From contig NIVC01002149.1 of the NCBI GenBank assembly GCA_002269645.1, positions 1 to 64,000 of the forward strand: a stretch of DNA of 64,000 bases, written 5' to 3'. Below the pieces are notes generated by a model. That model worked only from the letters and a program-made list of their open reading frames with translations, did no database searches and was not told the origin of the DNA. This document shows positions 24,398 through 37,200 of the stretch, piece by piece. Position 1 is the first letter of the stretch. Every line of letters begins with the position of its first letter. The position numbers were made by a program, and so were the translations under genes. Source of the stretch: Macrostomum lignano. Its lineage: Eukaryota.

Positions 24398-27300
24398 TCA
24401 AGAGATCCTGCGCACGTATCTCGCCATGTACAGGTAGTTGAGCTGCCTGACGTGCTCAATGCAGCGCTGCTCCTCGGCGGTGATCCAGTTCTCCTCGCGC
24501 TGCCTCAGCGTCACAACAGCCAGGGGGAAGCCGACAATGGCGTAGAGAATCAGCGCGCAGCCAGCGATGAAGTAGGCCAGGTAGGCGTCATTGAACTTCT
24601 GTAGGAAGAACAGCTGCTTGGAGATTGACAGCTTGAACTCGTTGGTCTTCCACTGGTTCCTGCTGTCCAGCACCAGGTAGCACTCCCAGGCCCCGGTGTC
24701 CGCGTAGGACAGCGCCAGGGTCCAGTTCCTCTCGTACCAGTCTGCCAGTAGGTGCTCTCGCTTTGGCAGCCCGTTCTGGTACCACCGAACCACCGCCGCC
24801 TCCATTGACGGCAGCTGGGCGTCCATGAAGGTCTCCGCGTTGGTTGCCATGACAACCGTTTGCAGCTCGGGATAACTCTTATCTGTGAGCTGCCGCGTGA
24901 GCAGGGTGAAAGTTCGCATCAGGTAGTGCTCGCCGTCCAGCACCTGCGGGTGTTGGGGGAGCACTGACACAGTACAGCCTTACAGCTGACACAGTATAGC
25001 CTTACAGCTGACACAGTACAGCCTTACAGCTGACACAGTATAGCCTTACAGCTGACACAGTACAGCCTTACAGCTGACACAGTACAGCCTTACAGCTGAC
25101 ACAGTATAGCCTTACAGCTGACACAGTACAGCCTTACAGCTGACACAGTATAGCCTTACAGTTGACACAGTATAGCCTTACAGCTGACACAGTATAGCCT
25201 TACAGCTGACACAGTACAGCCTTACAGCTGACACAGTACAGCCTTACAGCTGACACAGTATAGCCTTACAGCTGACACAGTACAGCCTTACAGCTGACAC
25301 AGTATAGCCTTACAGCTGACACAGTATAGCCTTACAGCTGACACAGTACAGCCTTACAGCTGACACAGTACAGCCTTACAGCTGATACGTTACTGTCTAA
25401 CAACTGAAAGACACGCTGCTATCTAGCATGTGACGCATTGCTCCCAGCTGTGCATCCACTGACGCTGGCTCAATGAGGCAGACCAAACCGGCGGCTCACC
25501 ATGTAGCAGGCGTACAGCCCGACCTTATCCGCATCCACCGGGTCGATGGTCAGCTGGGTGCCGAAGCTCCGCACCTGCGCCATCTCCAGCTTCGTGTGCC
25601 GGCTGACGGCTTTGCTGGCCTCGTCTGAGCCGGTCAGCAGCCCCTTGGCCTCCTCCGACTGCGCCATGAACCACTGCAGCCGGGTCTGCAGGGCGATCAC
25701 GCTCACGTTGTTCCGGCGCCAGTTGATCTGCAGGTGCTGGTAGGGCTTCACGCTGCTCAGTGCCAGGCTGTAGGCTTCGTTAGCGCAGTCCAGCGTAGCC
25801 GGGGCGCCGTAGTTCACGTAGAACAGCTGGTTGGGCGTCTCCGTCAGGTCCTGCGCCAGCATCTCCTTGGCCATGGCCAGGAAGTCGGTGTCAGCCGAGC
25901 AGGGCACCTCGCAGTCCTCCTTCTGTAGGCGGCCGTGGCTGCCGCCGCCGCAGCGGAGGCCTTTGGAGTCCGGCGGTGGTCTGTCGCAGCGGCGAACTCT
26001 GGTGCGGCTGCCCTGCGGAACGGCGTTGGTTGTTTAGAAACAAAGCATTTTGTGATCTGAAATGATTGCGTTTCTTGGCAATTAATTCTCGAAATTTGTG
26101 TACATCCACTCACACAGGATGTACAGCTCTCACACAGGATTAAGTAGAGCTCTCACACAGGATTAAGTAGAGCTCTCACACAGGATTAAGTAGAGCTCTC
26201 ACACAGGATTAAGTAGAGCTCTCACACAGGATTAAGTAGAGCTCTCACACAGGATGTAGAGCTGTGTACAGTACTCACACAGGATGTACAGCTCTCACAC
26301 AGGATTAAGTAGAGCTCTCACACAGGATTAAGTAGAGCTCTCACACAGGATGTAGAGCTGTGTACAGTACTCACACTGGATTTACAGCTCTCACACAGGA
26401 TTAAGTAGAGCTCTCACACAGGATTAAGTAGAGCTCTCACACAGGATGTAGAGCTGTGTACAGTACTCACACTGGATTTACAGCTCTCACGCAGGATTAA
26501 GTAGAGCTCTCACACAGGATTAAGTAGAGCTCTCACACAGGATTAAGTAGAGCTCTCACACAGGATGTAGAGCTGTGTACAGTACTCACACTGGATTTAC
26601 AGCTCTCACACAGGATTAAGTAGAGCTCTCACACAGGATTAAGTAGAGCTCTCACACAGGATGTAGAGCTGTGTACAGTACTCACACTGGATTTACAGCT
26701 CTCACACAGGATTAAGTAGAGCTCTCACACAGGATTAAGTAGAGCTCTCACACAGGATGTAGAGCTGTGTACAGTACTCACACTGGATTTACAGCTCTCA
26801 CGCAGGATTAAGTAGAGCTCTCACACAGGATTAAGTAGAGCTCTCACACAGGATGTAGAGCTGTGTACAGTACTCACACTGGATTTACAGCTCTCACACA
26901 GGATTAAGTAGAGCTCTCACACAGGATTAAGTAGAGCTCTCACACAGGATTAAGTAGAGCTCTCACACAGGATGTCGAGCTGTGTACAGTACTCACACAG
27001 GATTTACAGTCTCACACAGGATGTACAGCTGTCACACGGGATGTATAGCTCTCACACTGGATGTACAGCTCTCACACAGGATGTACAGCTCTCACACTGG
27101 ATGTACAGCTCTCACGCAGGATGTACAGCTCTCACACAGGATGTACAGCTCTCACACTGGATGTACAGCTCTCACACAGGATATACAGCTCTCACACAGG
27201 ATGTACAGCTCTCACACAGGATGTACAGCTGTCACACAGGATGTAAAGCTCTCACACAGGATGTACAGCTCTCACACTGGATGTACAGCTCTCACACAGG

Positions 27301-27946
27301 ATGTACAGCTCTCACACAGGATGTGAAGCTCTCACAGGATGTACAGCTCTCGTACGAGAAACCACTTGATTCAGCTCCAGTTTTCCTCCCCAGAACTCTA
27401 ACTCCAGGGCACGACAGCCGCACCTTGCCGCAGTCCTCTTCCAGCTCGAGCGCGTTGCCCCTTGCCGGCATGGCCACGCCCGACTTCTGGCCGTCGATGT
27501 TGCTCTGCGCATCCGACGCCATGTCGACACGCGCCTGCTCGACCTTCGCGGCGTCGTCCGGGCCGCCGACCACGGGAGCGGCGGCGGAGTCGGCGGCTGC
27601 CTTCTCAGCCGTTTTGACGGCTTCCGCGGTGGCGTTGAACTGGCAGTCGGTCCACTCGCCCCACTCGCCCCAGCCGCCGTTCTGCGGGCAGATTACGTAG
27701 GCCCGGCAGGGCAGGCACTCCTTGCTGGCTTTCTCGCCGCCCTGGCAGAAGTCCAAGTTGATGGCGCCCAGCTTCGGGTCGTTCATGTCGACGCAGTCGC
27801 GGCGGCGGCAGCGGACGCCCTGGCCGCAGGTGGTGCTGCACTGCGTCTCGTGAGCGGACCAGGACTGCCAGGCTGGGCTGATGCCGGCGCGGACCGGCGG
27901 GACCGGCAGCCACACGACGGCGAGGAGGGCAAGGGCGAGGGCGCCG
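24398..27946 (-). CDS. Type I membrane protein: hydrophobic N-segment, 2x thrombospondin type-1, 2x Ig-like, TM, short tail (start exon not located)
   Basis: Exons 27424-27946, 25500-26012, 24398-24943 join in frame. TSP1 motifs WQSWS..CSTTCGQGVRCRRRDC and GGWGEWGEWTDC..GSRTRVRRC; Ig motifs ATLDC..WRRNN..LTIDPVDADKVGLYAC and VRWYQNG..ADTGAWEC; TM AYLAYFIAGCALILYAIVGFPLAVVTL. Confidence 0.85.
24963..25385. repeat. 22-bp minisatellite, ~19 copies (intron)
   Basis: Unit CTGACACAGTACAGCCTTACAG. Confidence 0.95.
26108..27350. repeat. 20/23-bp minisatellite with ~96-119-bp higher-order repeat (intron)
   Basis: CTCTCACACAGGATTAAGTAGAG and CTCTCACACAGGATGTACAG monomers; a CTGTGTACAGTA marker recurs at roughly 96/119-bp spacing. 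Confidence 0.92.
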
Positions 27947-27984
27947 CTGAAAAATTTGACAGCCTTCGCGGCATTTCAATGTTC

Positions 27985-28200
27985 GACTGGGATGGGAGGG
28001 TGGGATTGGGAGACTGGGATGGGAGACTGTGATGGGAGACTCGGATGGGAGACTGGGATGGGAGACTGTGATGGGAGACTCGGATGGGAGACTGGGATGG
28101 GAGACTGTGATGGGAGACTCGGATGGGAGACTCGGATGGGAGACTCGGATGGGAGACTCGGATGGGAGACTGGGATGGGAGACTGGGGATGGGATTCTGG
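27985..28200. repeat. 13-bp G-rich minisatellite
   Basis: GGGAGACT(G/C)(G/T)GAT units. Confidence 0.88.
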
Positions 28201-28785
28201 GGAGATGGGGAGTTGGGAGACGAGAGACAATGAGATCGGAGATTGGGGAGGGAAGGTCAATAATCAGTGTGCATGCAGCTACACCTGCTTTCAAAGTGAT
28301 GGATTTGAAATCAATGAATCGCACACAGCGACCCCAACCTGCTCTGGAGTGGTCGGCGATCCAGCCTGCTGAATTCAGTCAGTTCGAGTACTTAGACAGA
28401 CGAGAGGCAGATAAATATTTAAAAAGTTCAAAATTTTTCTCTGACCTCTGAATTTGTTTTACTTAACTGCATCCGAAGAAAGATTGAGCAGTGGTGGGAC
28501 CTTCTGCCATAGACAATCCAACCCATCTACTCGTATACTTGACTTGTTATTTATGAACTTTATCATGATACAGATATTGGCCCCAAGAAAGTTGACTTGT
28601 CCTTTATACTACTATTATGAGTACATAGTAACGTTAACAGACGCATATTAAAAATTTAAATTTAACTCAGTCAAATTCAGATCTGTAGTTAAAAATCAGC
28701 GAGTTAAAACAGCATGTGGAGCCGGGCCATTGCACTGTTCAGTGTGTGTCGAGGAATCGCGAAAGTCGGTCACACAAATTACGAA

Positions 28786-31700
28786 TTAAAAATTCTCCTT
28801 GTTGAAGTAGAACACAGAGCTCGTGCTGTTGCTGAACTCATTGCACCTGCCGTTCAAATCCTTAGCCAGCTGACCCGGTCCGCAGAAGAATATCCCTATA
28901 GACGTGCTGGAAGCGAAAAATATAAATTTGAAAATCAAACAATGAAAATGTTGAACAGCCTACTTTTGAAGTAGGCGAATAGCGTATTACTCGTATTATG
29001 CTGACAAGTAACGAATTATACTCTACTGTTGGTGAAAATGCTAGACAGTCTACTGCTTTAAGTAGGCAAGCAGTGAATTTTATTGCCTAAAGAGTCCATG
29101 ATAAAAACCAAAGCAGCGCTCACTCCGGATGCTTGGCCGCCAGGCCCCGCAGCTCCAGGTCCCAGTTCGGCCGCCCGTAGTGCGTCCGGGTCCGCAGCCC
29201 CGTCAGACAGTCAGCCTCGTCGCCCTCCCGACTGGCGATCTCGCGGGCTTGGCGAGTCTCCACGCTGCCCGTAAGGTGCACCCGGATGTCTAGCAGCTGG
29301 GCGTAGTCATCGCCATCCATTCGCTGAAGGTCGCGCTCGAGATCCTGCAGCAAGGCGGCGAACCACTCGAACGCACGGCAGTCGGGGCAGATCCAGTAGA
29401 AGTAGAGGCGCTTCAGCTTGCGCAGGGAGCGCGTCTTGCCGGCCTGGTGCCACACATCGCGCAGCACGGAGGCGAAGGGGGTGACGCCGATGCCGCAGCC
29501 AATCAGCACCGAGACCGAGTACTGGGTTACGCCCTGCGGAGGGAAGAGGAGACGGAATTTTCCTGCCCGGATAAAAAAGTGCAGAGTTAGCCGACCAATA
29601 AGGAATCAAAGGGACGGCTTGATGAGGTAGGCGGAATATCTGGGAGGCTTGAGGGATGATTTAAACCAATGGGGAGGCTTCAGAGGGTAGGCGGACCAAT
29701 GGGGATGAGGCTTCAGAGGGTAGGCGGACCAATGGGGATGAGGCTGCAGAGGGTAGGCGGACCAATGGGGATGAGGCTGCAGAGGGTAGGCGGACCAATG
29801 GGGATGAGGCTGCAGAGGGTAGGCGGACGAATGTTTTCGGAGGGTTGAGGTGGTTGAGAGGACCAATTATATGGAAATGCTTTCTGCAGAAATTCGTACC
29901 AGGAAGGAGGGACTTCGACATAAAGGCACAGCAATGCTATGTAGCTACTTAGAGAACTCACATCAGACGCCGTGCCGTACGGTCCATCCAAGTAGATTCT
30001 GAAATAATTCAAGGAATAAGGTGAGACTTGGAAAATAATAAATGACAGGAATGCACTACTTGGCGACACAGACAGCGTTGAAGATGGTTCGAATTTTCAA
30101 CGGTGCCTTCGGATTTCTATGGCAAAATCTGATTTACTTTGCATTCCTTATAAATACAAACCGTTCTTTGGGCTTAATACGCTCGTATCGTGAACAATTC
30201 TAAGAAAGTGACTCACCTCGGCAGCAGGTCCCGCTCGCCTGTGGTGAGGTCGCCTTTGCCGTAGCACTGTGAGTACAGCTGCTCCACTTGCTTGGTCCAG
30301 TCGCCCACGGTGCGAATGTGGACGGAGATGTACGGATCGTCTGGGGCCTGCGATGGTTGAAGATTCCCCAGTTACCTCTCAATGAATGCACCGGCTACAC
30401 TCTGAAGTTCAGGTAAATCTGCTTTCTAGCTTGCTTAACAACTACAGTGAGTTCATGCTTTTCAGTCATTTACTGTCTAAGGTACAGTGTACAGTGCAGG
30501 GTGTACAGTGCAGGTTGTACAGTACAAGGTGTACAATGCAGGGTGTACAGTGCAGATTGTACAGTGTAGGTTGTACAGTGCAGGTTGTACAGTACAAGGT
30601 GTACAATGCAGGGTGTACAGTGCAGATTGTACAGTGCAGATTGTACAGTGCAGATTGTACAGAGTAGGTTGTACAGTACACGGTGTACAATGCAAGGTGT
30701 ACAGTGCAGGTTGTACAGTGCAGATTGTACAGTACAAGGTGTAAAATGCAGGGTGTACAGTGCAGATTGTACAGTGCAGATTGTACAGTGCAGGTTGTAC
30801 AGTGTAGGTTGTACAGTACAAGGTGTAAAATGCAGGGTGTACAGTGCAGGGTGTACAGTCAAAGGTGCACTGTGCACCTGTTAGAGGTGCAAACAGTACA
30901 TGGCTTAATGTACAGGCTGTACAGTATAGGCTGCACTCTAAAACAAAGTACTGTTTTTGAATGATTGAGTTGTACTGCCTTTTTACAAGGACCACTAGAA
31001 GTTACCGTTGTATCAGGACGCAACACTCGTAAATATTGCAAAATTATTTGAAGGCCCGCTTGTTTGCATTGCAGCTGAACTTTAAATGCTCATAACTCCG
31101 GACTGGTTGCACTTAAAAAGATATTTTTTTTGCCAGGTTGCTCAAAATTTTGTTTTCTTTAACATGATGCAAAGTTTGGCGCTATCTACATGTAGGAGCG
31201 GCGGGCGTACAGTAAAGTAACGGCAATACACAATATTTCATTGCATACAAAATGAATAAAGTTTCACGTAAACAAGCGGGCCTTCAAATAATTTTGCAAT
31301 ATTTACGAGTGTTGCGTCCTGATACAACGGTAACTTCTAGTGGTCCTTGCCTTTTTATTGTGTAGGATGTACTTTCAGGGTGTACAAACTTTTTCACAAA
31401 TGTTCACTAATACGAGCAAGAAGAATACACTACTGAAATTGGCAGTAATAAAATTTTAATCACGTACTAGAAAATCGCATGTAAATGGAAAAACTTGAGT
31501 ATCAGCAGAGAGCGCACCGAGGTGAGGGTGAACGGGTGCCACTGCAGCTGGGAGGCCTCCGGCACCAGCAGGAAGACGTACTCGCCTGGCGAGGCGGCGA
31601 ACCCGGGGCAACGAAGGCGCAGCTCCATCACTCGGGAGGGATGCTGGACAGCGCGGACCACCTCCACTCGGCGACAACGGCGAGACACTCGGAGCAGCTT

Positions 31701-34125
31701 CTCGATGGCGTAGATGGCAGCCGGAGCCACCAGCCACATCCACGTCTGGCGAGGCAGTGGGATGGGAATAGGGAGGCTGGGTGTTCACCCTTCATCATGT
31801 TTAGCCTACACGGCAGCTCGGACTCAAGTCAATCTAATATTGGGGTATCGTCTCTCCGATAATAGAATCTCTAGTCTCCAATGATAGAATCTCTAGTCTC
31901 CGATCCCAGAATCTCTAGTCTCCAATCCCAGAATCTCTAGTCTCCAATCCCAGAATCTCTAGTCTCTAATCGCTGAATCTCTAGTCTCCAATCGCTGAAT
32001 CTCTAGTCTCCAATCGCTGAATCTCTAGTCTCCAATCCTAGAATCTCTAGTCTCCAATCCCAGAATCTCTAGTCTCCAATCCCAGAATCTCTAGTCTCCA
32101 ATCGCAGAATCTCTAGTCTCCAATCGCAGAATCTCTAGTCTCAAATCCCAGAATCTCTAGTCTCCAATCCTAGAATCTCTAGTCTCCGATCGCTGAATCT
32201 CTAGTCTCCAATCCCAGAATCTCTAGTCTCCAATCCCAGAATCTCTAGTCTCCAATCCCAGAATCTCTAGTCTCCAATCTCAGAATCTCTTGTCTCAGTC
32301 GCAGAATCTCTAGTCTCAGTCGCAGAATCTCTAGTCTCAGTCGCAGAATCTCTAGTCTCAGTCGCAGAATCCCGGATCTCAGCCCCAAAGCAATGGCAGA
32401 ACCAACCGTGGAGCCGGCAAAGCTGAAGGTGGGCACCGGACACTCCGGCAGGGAGCCGCTGCCCCACAGCTGGAATTTGCTGGCGCAGGCGGCCGGCTTG
32501 TGGGCGGCCAGGTTGGACTGGGGACGGACAACGCCTCTGCGGGTTCGGGGTGGAGGTGAAGACATTTGGCACAGCGGAGACTCACAGCAGCTGAGAAAGG
32601 AAGGCCGTGATGGAGACGATTAAGGATGAAGAGAGCAGGATAATTGGAAAGGGGGAGGGAGCAGATGAGGACAAGGGTGTGAAGGGGAGAGGCATTGAGG
32701 GGAGATGAAGGTGGGGTAGAAAAAAGGACTGAGAGGAATGAAAAGGAAATGAAGGGATGCGGCGATGGGAGTAAAAAGGAAGGGAGGGAAACGAAGTGAG
32801 GGAAACGAAGGGAGGGAAACGAAGGGAGGGAAACGAAGGGAGGGAACCGTGGAGAGGGAAACGAAGGGAGTGAAAAAGAGGGGAGGGAAACGAAGGGAGG
32901 GAAACGAAGGGAGGGAAATGAGGGGAGGGAAACGAAGGGAGGGAAACAAAGGGAGGGAAATGAGGGGAGGGAAACGAAGGGAGGGAAACGAAGGGAGGGA
33001 AATGAGGGGAGGGAAACGAAGGGAGGGAAACAAAGGGAGGGAAATGAGGGGAGGGAAACGAAGGGAGGGAAACGAAGGGAGGGAAACGAAGGGAGGGAAA
33101 CGAAGGGAGGGAAATGAGGGGAGGGAAACGAAGGGAGGGAAACGAAGGGAGGGAAACGAAGGGAGGGAAACGAAGGGAGGGAAACGAAGGGAGGGAAACG
33201 AAGGGGGAGCGAAGGAAGATAAAGTAAAGGGATGGAAGGGAAGATTCAGGAGACAAAGGAAGGGGAGATGCAGGGAGACAAAGGAAGGGGAGATGCAGGG
33301 AGACAATGGAAGGGAGATGCAGGGAGACAAGGGAAGGGAGATGCAGGGAGACAAGGGAAGGGAGATGCAGGGAGATAAGGGAAGGGAGATAAAGAAATCC
33401 GAGTGCAAGTCCAGCAAGCCAACGAGTCCTCGAGTCCCCCGAAGCGACTCACGCCATCCCGTGCACCAGCAGCAGCAGGTAGAACAAGAAGAAGAGCTTG
33501 TGCGTGTACCAGAAGGTCTCGAACCTGGCCCGCTTGACCGCGGTAGCCGCCGACGCCACGATGGCCACCAGCAGGCAGAGCAGCAGCAGGCCGGTCCAGC
33601 CGGGCAGCAGGACGGCCGCCTCCACCAGCGGGTCGGCGCCGGCCCGCTGCACCGGGTTGATTCCCCGGTGGCCGGGCAGCAGGGACAGAGTCCGCAGCAG
33701 GCTGCCGCCCGCGCTCGAGTTGCCGCCGGCGGGCAGGTCGAAGGCGTGGACGAACCGCTCGATGTTGAGGTAGTGGGAGGCGGCGTGCAAAGCGGCGTGA
33801 AAGCAGATGAGCCAGGCCAGCGCGCGGTGGAGGCTGATGTTGTCATCGATGAGGCGGCGGACGTTGCGCTTGCACAGCTGGCGCGGCACGGGTGAGGGGC
33901 GCAGCGGGGGATTTTGCGGGGCCTCAAAAACTGTATGAACTGCTGCTGCTCTCGATTTACTCACTCACTCACTCACGCACTCACTCTCACTCACTCAGTC
34001 AGTCACTCACTCACTCACTCACTCACTCACTCACTCACTCACTCACTCACTCACTCACTCACTCACTCACTCACTCACTCACTCACTCACTCACTCACTC
34101 ACTCACTCACTCACTCACTCACACA

Positions 34126-34164
<39 letters not shown>

Positions 34165-34237
34165 TCACGCACTCACTCTCACTCACTCACTCACTCACTC
34201 ACTCACTCACTCACTCACTCACTCACTCACTCACACA

Positions 34238-34274
<37 letters not shown>

Positions 34275-37200
34275 TCACGCACTCACTCTCACTCACTCAG
34301 TCAGTCACTCACTCACTCACTCACTCACTCACTCACTCACTCACTCACTCACTCACTCACTCACTCACTCACTCACTCACTCACTCACTCACTCACTCAC
34401 TCACTCACTCACTCACTCACTCACTCACTCACTCACTCACTCACTCACTCACTCACTAACTCACTCACTCACTCACTCACTCACACACAAACACACACAC
34501 ACACACACACACACTCACTCACGCACTCACTCTCACTCACTCACTCACTCACTCACTCACTCACTCACTCACTCACTCACTCACTCACTCACTCACTCAC
34601 TCACTCACTCACTCACCCACACTCACTCACTCACTCACTCACTCACTCACTCACCCACACTCATTCACTCACTCACTCACTCACCCACACTCATTCACTC
34701 ACTCACTCACTCACTCACTCACTCACTCACTCACTCACTCACTCACTCACTCACTCACTCACTCACTCACTCACTCACTCACTCACTCACTCACTCACTC
34801 ACTCACTCACTCACTCACTCACCCACACTCATTCACTCACTCACTCACTCACCCACACTCATTCACTCACTCACTCACTCACTCACTCACTCACTCACTC
34901 ACTCACTCAATCCTCGCTCACCAATCAACAGCCGCAGCAACTCACCCGCTTATTAACGCACAGGTACCGCAGGAAATGCAGCAGATTTCTGCACACCGGC
35001 AACGCAACAAGGGCGCAGTTGAAGTTTAAGCAGGCGGCCGAGGCTCTGGCGAAGGCCAGGCTGTGCTGAAGGAAAAAAACAGCAAGGAAGAAATAGCGGA
35101 ATATTGCAGCAAAAATCACGGAAAACTCCATGACTTGACTTTGGAAACTTCCCTCGCCAGCTCAAAACTAGGAAAATTCCAGTGCAAAATCTAGGAAAAT
35201 TTAATTATTAATTTAAAAAAATCCTTCGCTAAATCTAGGAAGATTCCATCGCTAAATCTAGGAAGATTCCATCGCTAAATCTAAGAAAATTCCATCGCTA
35301 AATCTAAGAAAATTCCATCGCTAAATCTAAGAAAATTCCATCGCTAAATCTAAGAAAATTCCATCGCTAAATCTAAGAAAATTCCATCGCTAAATCTAAG
35401 AAAATTCCATCACTAAATCTAGGAAAATTCCATCACTAAATCTATGAGAATTCCAATAATAAATCTAGTAAAATTCCATCGCTCAATCTAGGAAAATTCC
35501 ATTAATAAATTTAGGAAAATTCCATCACTAAATCTAGGAGAATTCCATCACTCAATCTAGGAAAATTCCATCACTAAATCTAGGAAAACTCCATCACTAA
35601 ATCTAGGAAAATTCCATCACTAAATCTAGGAAAATTCCATCACTCAATCTAGGAAAACTCCATCACTAAATCTAGTAAAATTCCATCACTAAATCTAGGA
35701 AAATTCCATCACTAAATCAAGGAAAATTCCATCACTAAATCTAGTAAAATTCCATCACTAAATCTAGGAAAATTCCATCACTAAATCTAGTAAAATTCCA
35801 TCACTAAATCTAGGAAAACTCCATCACTAAATCAAGGAAAATTCCATCAGTAAATCTAGGAAAATTCCATCGCTCAATCTAGGAGAATTCCATCGCTCAA
35901 TCTAGGAGAATTCCATCGCTCAATCTAGGAAAATTCCATCGCTCAATCTAGGAGAATTCCATCGCTCAATCTAGGAAAATTCCATCGCTCAATCTAGGAG
36001 AATTCCATCGCTCAATCTAGGAAAATTCCATCAGTAAATCTAGGAAAATTCCATCGCTCAATCTAGGAGAATTCCATCGCTCAATCTAGGAAAATTCCAT
36101 CGCTCAATCTAGGAAAATTCCATCACTAAATCTAGGAAAATTCCATCAGTAAATCTAGGAAAATTCCATCGCTAAATCTAGGAAAATTCCATCAGTAAAT
36201 CTAGGAAAATTCCATCGCTCAATCTAGGAGAATTCCATCGCTCAATCTAGGAGAATTCCATCGCTCAATCTAGGAAAATTCCATCACTAAATCTAGGAAA
36301 ATTCCATCAGTAAATCTAGGAAAATTCCATCGCTCAATCTAGGAGAATTCCATCGCTCAATCTAGGAAAATTCCATCGCTCAATCTAGGAGAATTCCATC
36401 GCTCAATCTAGGAAAATTCCATCAGTAAATCTAGGAGAATTCCATCGCTCAATCTAGGAGAATTCCATCGCTCAATCTAGGAGAATTCCATCGCTCAATC
36501 TAGGAAAATTCCATCGCTCAATCTAGGAGAATTCCATCGCTCAATCTAGGAAAATTCCATCGCTCAATCTAGGAGAATTCCATCGCTCAATCTAGGAAAA
36601 TTCCATCAGTAAATCTAGGAAAATTCCATCGCTCAATCTAGGAAATTCCATCGCTCAATCTAGGAAAATTCCATCGCTCAATCTAGGAAAATTCCATCAC
36701 TAAATCTAGGAAAATTCCATCAGTAAATCTAGGAAAATTCCATCGCTCAATCTAGGAAAATTCCATCGCTAAATCTAGGAAAATTCCATCGCTCAATCTA
36801 GGAGAATTCCATCGCTCAATCTAGGAGAATTCCATCGCTCAATCTAGGAAAATTCCATCGCTCAATCTAGGAGAATTCCATCGCTCAATCTAGGAAATTC
36901 CATCGCTCAATCTAGGAGAATTCCATCGCTCAATCTAGGAAAATTCCATCGCTCAATCTAGGAGAATTCCATCGCTCAATCTAGGAAAATTCCATCGCTC
37001 AATCTAGGAGAATTCCATCGCTCAATCTAGGAAAATTCCATCGTCAAATCTAGGAAAATTCCATCGCTCAATCTAGGAGAATTCCATCGCTCAATCTAGG
37101 AGAATTCCATCGCTAAATCTAGGAAATTCCATCGCTCAATCTAGGAAATTCCATCGCTCAATCTAGGAGAATTCCATCGCTCAATCTAGGAGAATTCCAT

